This document shows, one piece after another, positions 1 through 13,745 of a DNA stretch of 64,000 nt (positions are counted from its first letter, which is position 1; every line of letters starts with the position of its first letter). The position numbers and the translations under genes were made by a program. This stretch comes from Octopus vulgaris (lineage: Eukaryota), in contig OX597814.1 in assembly GCA_951406725.2 (NCBI GenBank), positions 185,318,001 to 185,382,000 of the forward strand, read 5' to 3'. The notes beneath the pieces were generated by a model that saw nothing but the letters and a program-made list of their open reading frames with translations, did not search any database and was not told where the DNA came from.

Positions 1-50
1 GTAACAAACTAAATAAAGATAAAAACAATATAGCTGTTATTAATGATTAC

Positions 51-122
<72 letters not shown>

Positions 123-131
123 AATGAGAAT

Positions 132-956
132 ATGAGCAATAGTATAACACATAGTAAAGTATACAAAAAGAGATATATTATACCTAAGAATAACAATTTA
201 ATACCGATGATGTCTACTAATAATGATAATATAAAAAATATTAAAAATAAAAAGGATATTATATGGTTAATTATTCCGTATGGGGCTCAAGTGATGACTA
301 ATGTTATTGAGACACTTAAAATAGTAAAAATGGTTTTTAAAAGAGACAATAGTTATTCAAATATATTTTCCAATAAAACCATAAGAGTGGGATACTCAAC
401 ATCGAGAAATGTAGTTAATATCATTTCCTCTATAAATAATAAGAAATTAAATAATTATTATAATAGCATAATAAATAATAGCTCTAGCCATAATATAACC
501 GATAGTGAAAGAAGTCTTAATCAACATAGAGAAAAATGTTCGTGTCGTGATAAGGCTAAATTTAAGCTCTCTAATAATTGCAACGTCGATAATATAATTT
601 ATAAATGTATAGTTAGCTCTAAGAATAATTATAAATAAGGTTTATATTGGATCAAGAGCTAATGAAATTAGAAAAAGAATATCCAAGCACTACCAGACCT
701 TTAAAAATCCCAATTTAAGTAAGTTCATAGGCTTAAATAAATATATATGGGAATTAAAATCTAGAAAAAGTACACCCTTAATTGAAGCGTTATAGGTAGA
801 GCCCACTACAATAATATTGGGAATAAAATGTGTTTATTATGCATAACAGAATTTATGAAACTACTACAGTCTAGAGATGAATTATTAAACACATATGAAC
901 GTGGAGTTAAATGTAGGCACCGAAGTAATTTTACATTTAGTAAAATGAAGCACTGA
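132..956 (+). pseudogene. Penelope-like retroelement C-terminal GIY-YIG endonuclease relic (frameshifted)
   Basis: ORF 132-638 ends ...KCSCRDK..NCNVDNIIYKCIV. A shifted frame continues KVYIGSRANEIRKRISKHYQTF..LNKYIWELK, and another gives MCLLCITE..LLNTYERGVKCRHRSNF* ending near 956. This is the IY/YIG motif plus the CxxC..E..LN..E..KCRH tail typical of PLE endonucleases. Confidence 0.85.
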
Positions 957-1577
957 ACCCCCAACACCTGAATCAAATAACCACATAATTTTATTTCTAA
1001 GCACTTGAATAGACTATATAAATAAAATAATAATGCAATAATTTAAATAAATATATGAATTAGATATTCCTAAAATTATATAATGACAAATTATATGTAT
1101 CTCCCATTATAGGTAAATTTGAAAATAATAATAGAGGATATTTTAAAATTAAAACTATCTATAGAGTAATTACCCCCTTGGTACTAATCACCTATAAATG
1201 CCCATAGTTCCCTGCTATCTTCTTCTTCTATTCACCATTTTAGTACCAGCAAACAAAGAAAAATATGTATTTGAATTTTTCTTGTTATACATCACATTTA
1301 AACACAGACATTTTTATTCTAATGTATAATTTTATATCTCACATTCAGTATCTGGCATATACTTGAATTTACATAATTGATATATATACTAATTCATATT
1401 TATAATATATAATTTATACATTTTGATTCTTAATATTACTAAGTATAATTTTAATTTGAATTTTTAATTCTTAATTTTTAATGTTTAATGTTTAATTGTA
1501 TTGCTTATTTTTTAAAGGGATGTAAAATTAGATATATAATATTTTGAAAAAGAACCTGAAGATGTGTTGGAATAATT

Positions 1578-1591
1578 GTAAATCTGATGAC

Positions 1592-1644
<53 letters not shown>

Positions 1645-1675
1645 AAATAGAAAGATGAATAATCTTGTAGCAGAT
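1578..1675 (+). ncRNA. Possible degenerate hammerhead ribozyme with (TA)n in stem II
   Basis: CTGATGA (1584-1590), a self-complementary (TA)n tract, GAAA (1644-1647), then AAGAT/ATCTT pairing and GTA. Stem I is unconvincing. It lies just 3' of the PLE ORF, where pLTR hammerheads are expected. Confidence 0.35.
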
Positions 1676-1834
1676 TAATCAAAAGTTTAACCGATACCTT
1701 GGTAGCAAAAATCACAGCAGAAGACAGCACGGTTGGAGGTACAACCATATGGTGTTGCAACCGTGCGTTGGTGCGGATAATTGAAATTAAAATATTATTG
1801 GTGAATTGAAGCTCCATTTCTTCAATTCACCAAC

Positions 1835-1878
<44 letters not shown>

Positions 1879-2738
1879 TACAGTTGTGTATATGTATATA
1901 TATTGTAATCTTCCAATACTGAAACATGTGTAGTTCCTTCATATTTAACAAATTTAAGTATTAACTAAAGTTGGAGATAACTGATGAAGTATGATATACA
2001 CCCTGCTGGTAATTTTGGTTATATTCTTTAAGTATTTTTTCGAGATATGCAAACTGATACCACGAGTTTACTTTCAGATATACTCATTACGTTATTTTTT
2101 GTATTATCTGAAATAGAATACCCGCATATCGATTAGTCCCCCAAAATTGAATTAATATTGATTTTTATCAGATACTTTGTATATTTATAGATAAATATGT
2201 AAATATATGATAAATTAGACTCCAAGATACGATATGTAGATGCATATATTGCTGAAGGGTTGTACCTGATTGATTTGGAAATTTGGTTTTCCCAAATTAT
2301 TTAAATTATATATGTGTGTGTGTGTGAATGTGTGTGTGAGTGTGTGTCTGTGCGTGTGTGTATCTATGTGTGTGTATCTTTGTGTTTGTGTTTGTCCGTC
2401 CATTGCCGCTTGTTGATGTGTTTACACCGGTGTTGGTGTGATTACGTCCCCGTAACTTTAGTGGTTTGGCAAAAACAGACCGATAGATTGAGTACAAAGC
2501 TTTAAAAAAAGTCCTAGGGTCGATTCGTTCGACTAAATCCCTCGAAGGTAGTACTCCAACATGGCCGCGATCAGATGAGAGAAACAAGTAAAAGAATAAA
2601 AGAATATAGAAATATGGAATATTAACCATATCTAAAAATTTCTATAAACACAAAATCGAGATGACTCTATATGGTTACTCGTTCTGTTAAAAATAACAGT
2701 CAAATCTCGCTTAAATCACATCCGACAGTCTTAAAGTG

Positions 2739-4255
<1,517 letters not shown>

Positions 4256-4781
4256 ACACTTATATAGTCAATTCAAATAAATAAACAATTCAAAATAAGA
4301 AAACGAAAAAAACGAACGTGAGGGCGTGCACAAGAAATGTATTAGTGTGACGCTCGGTGAAAGGAAAGTGTTTGACGTTTCGAGCATAGCACTTTGCCGG
4401 AGAGGAGAAAGGGAAAATCCAAAGTTGGACAGATTCCTTCTTTTCCAAATCATCACTTCCCTTCCCCCTTTATTCTTTTCTCCGTCCATTTATCTGATAC
4501 TTATTCTAATAGTTTTTCTTCACTCCCTTCCTCACGCCTGTACCATTCCTTTAGTGTTCTATTTGGTTATAGCCAAAAATGGCTCTGTGGAAAGTAGCAA
4601 TAATTTTCTAGGTCGTTCAATTTTTCTCAACTGATAAATGGGCCGATTGAGTAAACCAATCAATAAGGAACCTATAATGACTAGTTATAATGACCCGTCT
4701 TTTTTTGCCTGTCCTTGTCCGCCTTTGTGGTCTTCTATCTGTCCGAACGTTTTAATGCTCTTTATTGCGTTTTTGCTCCAG

Positions 4782-4817
<36 letters not shown>

Positions 4818-4871
4818 GTTTATATATTTGTTGTGCAAGATTTTTTATGTGTAGTCGTGTGTTGAAACAGA

Positions 4872-5191
4872 TATTGTTATATTTCGGAATAGTCATTTTG
4901 CCAGTTTAGCCAATAAAAACACACGCACTATATATTTGGTGTTATTTTGCTTCAGTGTTATTTATTTTTTACATTAATCTTAATCTTACTTCGGTTAGTA
5001 AAGAGAGACACAAATAAGAAAGAAGAAAACAAAGGACCACTGATGCGGTCACAGGAGTGTGACGAAAGCACTCTGGCCCAAATAAGATTAAGATTAATGT
5101 TAAAAAATAAATAACACTGAAGCAAAATAACACCAAATATATAGTGCGTGTTTTTATTGGCTAAACTGGCAAAATGACCATTCCGAAATAT

Positions 5192-5198
<7 letters not shown>
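4872..5198. repeat. ~115-bp inverted repeat with ~90-bp spacer, between (TA)n tracts
   Basis: ATATTGTTATATTTCGGAATAGTCATTTTGCCAG...TAATCTTA at 4872-4988 is matched by its reverse complement at ~5082-5198. Confidence 0.9.
5034..5078 (+). ncRNA. Degenerate minimal type I hammerhead motif
   Basis: GGACCA-CTGATGC-G-GTCAC aggagt GTGAC-GAAA-GCAC-TC-TGGCCC. Core has A to C at its last position; stems I and II are present. Confidence 0.55.
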
Positions 5199-5258
<60 letters not shown>

Positions 5259-6651
5259 GCGACGTACGTACACCCTTGCGCTCACCTTACAGAAGGTATG
5301 TATCTAAATTTTGTACGACTCTTACTCTATCTTTTATTTCCCCTCTCATGTTCCTTCCTTTTTCTAACTCCCCTCTCTCACATTTCTTGGCCCTCTCTTT
5401 CTTTAACTCCCACAATTTCCCACTCGTTTATCTCCCCTATACTTTTCTCTTTGTCTCTGATTTTTTTCTAACCCTTCAATCCCGCTGTTCTCCTCCTTCC
5501 ACGTGACCGTTGTCCGGCAGCCATGATCTTTCTTCCTTGGCCTAACTGCCGACTTTCAACACCTCTTATGTCCATCTCCCATGTTCCTGCCTTTCAGCTT
5601 TCACTTCATACACGCCAGCTCAATTTGATTCGTTCTCAGTCGAAATACACTTGTTTTTATTTCTTGTTTGTATTCGTAATTGTGTACCATGTTCTCCGTT
5701 TTTTTGTTGTTTTTTTGTTTTTGTTTTTCGGTCTTTGTTGCCGTACACATTCGCTAGCTTTCTCACAAAGGGGTCTAATGCTTTTAGCTTAAACTTTTTA
5801 GGGGGCAACCTGATAGAACCATCTCATGTGTAACTGCCTGAAATGGTCGTGACTTCAGGTAGTTGACTGATGAAAAAAAAGCCATGAATGACCCGTCTTT
5901 ATTTGACTGTCCTTCTAATTGTTGTTTCTTTTATCCGTATTTGTATCCTCTATCTGTCAGAACGATTTAATGCCCTCTATTGCATTTTTGTTCCATTTAT
6001 ATATATATATATATCGTTGCTATTATGTTAAACTGTTGTATGTCCAAATTTGGCCAAATGCGGTTTTTTTCTTTTTCAATATTTATTTTCGCTTTCAATA
6101 GCCGGTTCTTTTGGTATCTCCAGCTGCTTCAAATGCCAAGATAACAAAAACTTGTCAAAGTGCAGTAAAACGGTTTTGCTATGGAATGGTGAAACTATTT
6201 TTTCGTTATTTGAAAAATCAAAGTTTTGGACTTACGACACTTAGGCATAGCAGCAACGACATATATTTAGTTTTTCCTTGAGGCTGGCCATATTGGAGCA
6301 ATCTCAAGAATAATTAGCCGAAATTGCGAGGATAATCTGGTGCTTGACTAAGGAAAGAAAACTTCGAATGATCCGTCCTTGTTTTCTTTGTATCGTCTAT
6401 CTGGATGTTTTGTTATCCCTTTTTGTATCACCTAGCTGTCCGGATGTTTGCGTTCTTGTCCCATTTTGTATTTTATATATATATACACACATACATATAT
6501 ATATATATATTAAGGTATGTAGAAAAATACAACATGGACAAGAACGTATAACTCTTAGAAGACGATACAATAAACACGGACAGGACATTCGAAACCCTCA
6601 GTCTTCAGTCAAGAACCGGATCATCGTAGTAATTTCGGCTGATTAATCTTG

Positions 6652-6761
<110 letters not shown>

Positions 6762-7758
6762 GGACAGACAGACAGACAGACAGAGACAGAGAGGGAGATG
6801 ATGTTGATGATGATGAGGAGGAGGAGGAGGTGGAAGAGGAGGAGGAGGAGGAGGTGGTGGTGGAGGAGGAGGTGGAGGAGGAGGATATGTGGAGGAGGAG
6901 GAGGATATGTGGAGGAGGAGGATAGGTGGAGGAGGATGAAGAGGAGTAGGGGGAGAGGAGAAGGTGGGGGATAGAAGGAGGTGGGAGAGAGAGGAGGAGG
7001 AAAGAGAGGAAGGGTGAGGGAGGAGGAGGAAAGAGAGGAAGGGTGAGGGAGGAGGAGGAGGGGGAGGAGGAGGAGGAAGAAGAAGAAGAAGAAGAAGAAG
7101 AAGAAGAAGGACGACGGGAATAACAGCGATCACAATGACGACGGCGACTTCAATATGACAATGTCACATCGTCATGATCATCGTCATTTGCAGTTGGTAT
7201 TGTTGTCGTAGTTATTGTTGCTTCTGTTGTTGCTGTTGTTGTTGTTGTTGTTGTTGTCTCATCTTATTCTGCTCTGCTCTAGTAACCTCACTTCTCAACA
7301 CAGTTTAAGTGATTAAAAACATTTGGGAGTGACCACCAGACTGAGGACGACGAAGAATTCCAGATGTGTCATGCTTCACAGTCTGGCTTGAAAAAGCACT
7401 CAGGGAGCGCTGCCCTCCACCACCACCCCCGCACTCCTGACACCTCCTCCGTTGCCCTCCACCACCCCGCATTCGTGACACCTCCTCCGCCCTTGCCCTA
7501 CCGTATACCCTCTGATGATTAGGACGAGAGGATGGAGAGGGAAGTAGAGGAGAAAGACGAAGGGGGAAGATGAGGGGAAGGACGAAGGAGGAAGAGGAGA
7601 AGATAAACGAAGGGGGAAGAGGAAGAGGAGGAGGAGGAGGAGAAACAAAAAGGGGAAGAGGGCAAAGGAGGGGAAAAGAAGAATAGAAGAAAAAGAGATA
7701 GAGAGAAGAACAATAAGAATTAGTAATAGTTTATAGTAGTAGTAGTAGTAGTAGTAGT

Positions 7759-7829
<71 letters not shown>

Positions 7830-8214
7830 AAGAAGAAGAAGAAGGATGTTGTGGTTGCTGCTGCTGCTGTTGTTGTTTCCGCTGTTGTTATCGTTGGTAG
7901 TGGTGGTGGTGGTGGTGGTGGTGGTGGTGGTGGTGGTGCTTCCTGCTGTTGTTTTTGATGTTGCTGCTGCTGCTGCTGTTGTTGTTGTTGTTGTTTAATA
8001 GCCTCCTGTAACATAACTGTCGTTAACCGAAATAAAAGGTTCTGATTGGTGCTTTCGTTTGTTCATTGACACTTCGAAACAGGATCTGCCAAGATTTCCA
8101 TATTCGAAGCAGCCAATAACCTAACCGTTCTTCTCCAGACCTGCGACACTCTGGAATTAGTCTCCTTTCTCTCCCTGCCCCCTCGCTCTATCCCCTGCAC
8201 TTTCTCACTTTTTC

Positions 8215-8284
<70 letters not shown>

Positions 8285-8524
8285 CATCTATCTCTGCCAT
8301 ATTTCTTTAACACATTCATTGAAAAACAATCTGAAATTAAACGTCGATTATTTTACCCCTCCTCTTTCGAATAAATAGTGGGGGTAGAGGATTTAAAACA
8401 TATTCAAAATAGCTCGGTGGGATAGCTTCATTGGTGCAAGTTACATTGAAAACAGGAAATAAATACGATCCATACATGCACGGGTGCGGAGAACGCATGG
8501 GTCTTACTTTGCGTGTATGTGTGT

Positions 8525-8609
<85 letters not shown>

Positions 8610-8802
8610 CGTGTGTGTTCTTTTACTTATTTGACTGCGGGCATGCTGGAGCACCGCCTTTAGTCGAACAAATCGACCCCAGGACTTATACTTTGTAAGC
8701 CTAGTACTTATTCTATCGGTGTATTTTGCCGAACTGCTAAGATACGGAGGCTGTAAACATACCGACATCAGTTATCAAGTGATGGTGGGGTATATAGATA
8801 TA

Positions 8803-9322
8803 TATATTCAAAAGTATAAGGAATGGCCATAATAGGATATTCGACTCACTAGAAAGAGCAGCCAAACTCAAACCGCTAATAGTTATAATTCTGAAATCGA
8901 AAGAGAAATAAAAACGTTTACCCCTTTCATCTCTGGACTATGCATAGTTTCGGCAAACTTTGGTAAACAAATTAATTAAATTGAATTAAATTTATTTACA
9001 ACTGGCGTGCCTCGTCAGCAGAGAAGCCAAGGACGAGTATATATCCACGAGGCGATGGTAAGGAAGCCTCCAGTCTATATGCTATACATTTTCAAAATCT
9101 ACCGCAATCGCGCAGTCTTCTCAGCAGCAAATATAAACTGGTGATTTAATTTCAAAATTAGCCATAAAATCATTAATTAATAAATATAAGGGTAGCAAAA
9201 AATTCTCCGCTACCAGCGGTCCAGCGAGAAAGAAAAGATAGTCAAAGACTATATGATATACATTCAAAAATATAAGGAATGGCCATAATAGGACATTCGA
9301 CTCACTAGAAAGAGCAGCCAAA
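8803..9322 (-). mobile_element. Non-coding PLE-pLTR/retrozyme-like element with ~60-bp direct terminal repeats
   Basis: TATAAGGAATGGCCATAATAGGA.ATTCGACTCACTAGAAAGAGCAGCCAAA occurs at ~8815 and ~9271 (456-bp offset) and encloses a hammerhead. Confidence 0.7.
8930..9024 (-). ncRNA. Type I hammerhead ribozyme, intact core
   Basis: Minus strand: TCTCTG-CTGACGA-GGCA..(GTAAATAAATT/AATTTGTTTAC)..TGCC-GAAA-CTATGCATAG-TC-CAGAGA. 6-bp stem I, long stem II, palindromic stem III, GUC cleavage triplet. Confidence 0.9.
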
Positions 9323-10709
9323 TCTGCTAGTTTACCGCCCTATACTAGCATTTTATGTTGTGGACCCCGAAAGAATATAAGAGAGAAATAATCTCTGTGG
9401 TTTCGAACTCAGAGCAGAAACTACTGAAATTAATATATTAATTTATCTTGTCCACCGCTCAAGCAATTCCACTGTTATGGAGTTTTTTTTTATCGATTTT
9501 GTCTTATATCCCTTCCCTGCGGATATAAGGCAAAATTGACCTCAGCGAGTTTTGAAACCAGTACGTAGAGATCTCGAGCAAGAACAGCAAAACATTTTGT
9601 CCTATTCCCTGAAAATGCCTCTAATGCACCGTCTTGGCCTGTGTCTTATTGTATCGATTCCGAAAGAATGGAAGATAAAATTGTCGTCAATGGAATTTGA
9701 ACTCAGAACCTAAGAATCTGGAATAAATGCCAATTTTCTAACAATTCCGTCAATACAACGCCCCGGACCGGCAATGTTAATATCAGCGGGATTTGAACTC
9801 GGAACATAAAATTCTACTATTTTTGTGCTAGAAAAATCTGAAATAACACCCTGACTCATGAATGAACAAGTATCTGCTCTTTCTGAACACAATAACTGCT
9901 AGCTTGTACCTGTTGCATAGCTGAGTTTTTTAAGATGGCGGGGTTCTTTATGAAGATCGTTCTGCCGATGAAATCACGCTCTGATTATGGTTCCCTTCTT
10001 GATTGTTAACTAATCTGTTAATTAATTAATTGATTATTTTGCTCAGTTATTTATTAGCTAATTAATTAATTAATTAATTAATTTGCTTCATACTTTATTA
10101 ACTGATATATTTTTTATTAACTTAACTTTCAATTGATTATGTAATTCTCTATTAACGAATAGATAAATTAAATATATATGATAGATTATTTAATAATAAT
10201 AATAATAATAATTGAACTGCAACTAGTCTTTGTCTTATTGCAGTGTCAAGTTCCCGAAATACAACAATATCTATTCCAACAGATGCTGTCACCTCAGAAA
10301 TCTTGAGAAACAACTACAAAAGAACCATGGTTTGAATATAGTTGTACATTAAGTAGCAAAGAAAAGTGAAGTTTCTGCAGAAAACTCACATAAAATATAT
10401 TTGCTGGGCCATAATTACATCTGCTGTAGTATTTCGAATATAACTTATTAACTCATTTAATCTTCAAAGCAACAGATTGAATGAACTATCAAAAGACCTC
10501 TACGTGGTCGCTCGGTATACAATTTCCTTAAATCACATTATCTTGATATATATAGATATAGATATAGATAATTTCAAATTAATAATAAAAGGGTAGAATT
10601 AATTAAATTAATTAATTAATTAATTAATAAAATTACCAAGTAGATCGGTACGTTAAAATAACCGTTATAGGTAAAATTATACAAATATTCTACAAATTAT
10701 AGAATGTCA

Positions 10710-10787
<78 letters not shown>

Positions 10788-10794
10788 ATTAATT

Positions 10795-11430
10795 AAGGGT
10801 AGAAATTGATATTTATCAATTAAACCAGTGGTCTAGCATATTGAAAAAAGAATCCGAAGATTAAAATATTTATATATACCAATTAAGGACTGAACACGAA
10901 AAGTGGATAGTCAACATGCCAGATATAGACGTCAAATCGCCATTCTCCACAAAAGATTATGTTCTCAAATCAAACTCAGCACAAAACCGAAGCAATAAAC
11001 AAGTGAAAATATACGAAATAAAATAATTAACCATGTACTGATCAGTTTCGGCTATTATTATCCGCAAGGATAACTGTAGCCTTCATCAGCATGGCCTGTT
11101 ATAAATGCAATTTGCTAGACTAGATGCAAAAACGATACCGGAGTATCGCGTGCATGGAGTCCAACCTATTACATTCGAATATATCTTTCAAATGCCTTTA
11201 CTTTGGCGCGTTGAGACCCGAAAAAACCAGCCTGCAGCTAATAATTAGCAGCAGTCAATTTATCGGTTAGAGAAATATATTTATTTATATAAAATTAATG
11301 AAGGGTAGAAATTGATATTTATCAATTAAAACCAGTGGTCTAGCATATTAAAAAAAGAATCCGAAGATTTGACGTCTATATCTAGCATGTTGACTGTCCA
11401 CTTTTCGTGTTCAGTCCTTAATTGGTATAT
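10795..11430 (-). mobile_element. Non-coding PLE-pLTR/retrozyme-like element with direct plus inverted terminal segments
   Basis: AAGGGTAGAAATTGATATTTATCAATT...GAATCCGAAGATT at 10795 and 11301 (506-bp offset). Segment ~10874-10938 recurs inverted at ~11366-11430. Bounded by (TA)n. Confidence 0.75.
11029..11096 (-). ncRNA. Type I hammerhead ribozyme, intact core
   Basis: Minus strand: GGCCATG-CTGATGA-A-GGCTA cag TTATCC ttgc GGATAA taa TAGCC-GAAA-CTGATCAG-TA-CATGGTT. All three stems pair, stem III is palindromic, triplet GUA. Confidence 0.92.
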
Positions 11431-11949
11431 ATATATATATATATGTTGCAGCTGGACAAGGAAGACGTATTCTTGTCTGTCTCCTGTCCAACCTTGTTTC
11501 TTCGCATTCGTGACCACAACTTCGTTTAGGCTTAGCAGTCCTTCCTGTTTGTTTTCACAGTCCTGTTTTTGTCACCATTTTGACTCTCCACAAAATTCCA
11601 AATTTTATTTAATTTGCTTTGCGGGAGCAACCGTTTTATCGAAAGTGTATCTTGTCGTGAACTGCTTGAAATACGGATTAGAAAAACACCTGGCAATTGA
11701 TGAAGTGTCGTTCTTTGTGTTGTTTGTCTTGTTTTCCTTTTGTTTCTTTCGTTGTTCGCAAAAAATGTTCTTATTCCATGTCCTCGTACTTCGTATTTTT
11801 TGTTGTTTATGTGTTGTGATGCCCTGTGCCCACATATACATATGTATATACGTATACATGTAAGTATGTATGTATAGGTATGTATATATGCATATATATA
11901 TATATATTATTTATATCATACATACACACACACACATATATATATATAT

Positions 11950-12008
<59 letters not shown>

Positions 12009-12119
12009 AGTAATGAGGAAGATAAATTGAATATTAATTTAATTAATATCAATTTAAAACCAGTAGCCTGGCATACAAAAATCTGAAAAATCAGACAAAA
12101 TTCTAATACATGTGCATAT

Positions 12120-12225
12120 TTAAAGGGCTAAAAACCACTATGTAGCTAGCCATATGCTAGAAGTAGATCGTAGGTGATCTACTTCTAGCATATGGCTGGC
12201 CACATTGTGGTTTTTAGCCCTTTAG

Positions 12226-12226
<1 letters not shown>
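12120..12226. repeat. ~50-bp-arm near-perfect hairpin abutting (TA)n
   Basis: TAAAGGGCTAAAAACCAC..GCCATATGCTAGAAGTAGATC gtaggt GATCTACTTCTAGCATATGGC..GTGGTTTTTAGCCCTTTA. Confidence 0.9.
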
Positions 12227-12287
<61 letters not shown>

Positions 12288-13190
12288 GGACATAGATGAT
12301 GTGTCAGTAGCCAGCTGGAAAAGATGTTTTCCTGGGGTTAAACAGTTGTAACATCGTCCGAAGCAAGGCTGCCACTTTACATTGGACAATAGATTTTACT
12401 ATCCATATTTCTCGCTCTTTTTACGAGTTCATTGACAGTGTATTACTTTAAAATTATATACTGTAAGCGAGGGAAGTCGCTACCATCTCTGTTCAGCGAT
12501 TGTCTTGCACCGAGGAAGGGAAATAACCCAGAACTTATTGGTCTAAAAGTATCACTAATGCTGGAGAGAGAGCATTAGTTCACTTGCACACATACGGAGA
12601 CAGATGGTGTGTCGGTAACCAGCTGGAAAAGATGTTTTCCAGTTGTAACATAGTCCTAAGCAGGGCTGCCTCTTTACGTTAGTAAATATAAATATATATA
12701 TATAACGTAACGACAAACGTCGCCCTTTTCAAGCCTAGCCAGGCTCATGGGCCCGGTTTCCCGGTTTCTGTGGTCGCCAGTCCATCGCAGCGTTACTCAA
12801 GAAACAGGAAGAGAGAGTGAGAGAAAGTTGTGGCGAAAGAGTACAACAAAGGTCACCACCACCCCCTGTCGGAGACTCGTTTTCGCTCAATAAACACACA
12901 CAACGCTCAGTCTGGGAATCGAAACCACGATCCTACGACCGCGAGTCTGCTGCCCTAACCACTGGGACATATTTTTTTTTTTTTTTTTATTTATTTATTT
13001 TTTTTTAATTTATTTTATTTTATTTATTTATTTATTTTTTTTATTTATTCTTCTATCTAATTTAACACTGACTCCTTGACCACTCCCCCAAGTATGATAT
13101 TTTGCGCTATGCCTACCCCCAAAAAGTCCCCCACCAACACCCCTTTAAACCTGCCTAAATGTATAAATGCCAATACAATTCTTGTTAACT

Positions 13191-13241
13191 AGCTTCCTGA
13201 AGATTTCTCTTGAATGAAACAGTTCTAGTCCTGTAGAAGCT
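13191..13241 (+). ncRNA. Type I hammerhead ribozyme
   Basis: AGCTTC-CTGAAGA-T-TTC tctt GAA-T-GAAA-CAG ttctagtc CTG-TA-GAAGCT. 6-bp stem I, weak stem II, true stem III, triplet GUA. Confidence 0.8.
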
Positions 13242-13324
13242 CCTTCTATATAATAAATTAATTTTACTCTGCTATGTATTGAGTACCTTATTTACTGTGG
13301 TTAACCCCGAATCAACCCGGGACC

Positions 13325-13383
<59 letters not shown>

Positions 13384-13710
13384 CACCACTCCTTATTCTT
13401 ACAAACTAGCCAGCTACTAGCCTGTTGTTTACAGCCACGAACATACACACATACACACACACGCACACACACACACACGTGTCATCATTGCACACATACA
13501 CACACGCGCGCACTCGCAGACCTCCGCGCACGCACACATCCACACACATTCCCCCTCCTACATTCCTTGTCTTTGACCATAACTCTTCTGTCTTTGAAAA
13601 CATCTTTCTTCACCCTTTCTACTTCCGGTCTTTCAAAATGTGACCTCGTGTGTACCGTTGGCGATTTTTTTTCCTCTGTCTTCCCTTCTCTGGATCTTTC
13701 CTTCTCCTAT

Positions 13711-13745
13711 GTTTCCGACGAAGAGCTCCGCTCGAAACGTTAAAC
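13711..13745 (+). ncRNA. Minimal hammerhead-like motif of a dispersed repeat family
   Basis: GTTT-CCGACGA-A-GAGC tcc GCTC-GAAA-CG-TT-AAAC. Related degenerate copies at 4370-4404(-), 25429-25463(-), 30552-30589(-) and 56913-56948(+). Confidence 0.65.

Noticed and set aside
1981-2010. CTGATGA motif, similarly at 9965 and 53186
   Set aside because: No properly placed GAAA or stems, so not called as hammerheads.
6345-6625. CTGA(A/G)GA...CGAATG motif in a repeat family also at 21615, 45150 and 52625
   Set aside because: Hammerhead-like spacing but GAAU instead of GAAA and no convincing stem I. The family is probably PLE-related but the ribozyme is not supported.
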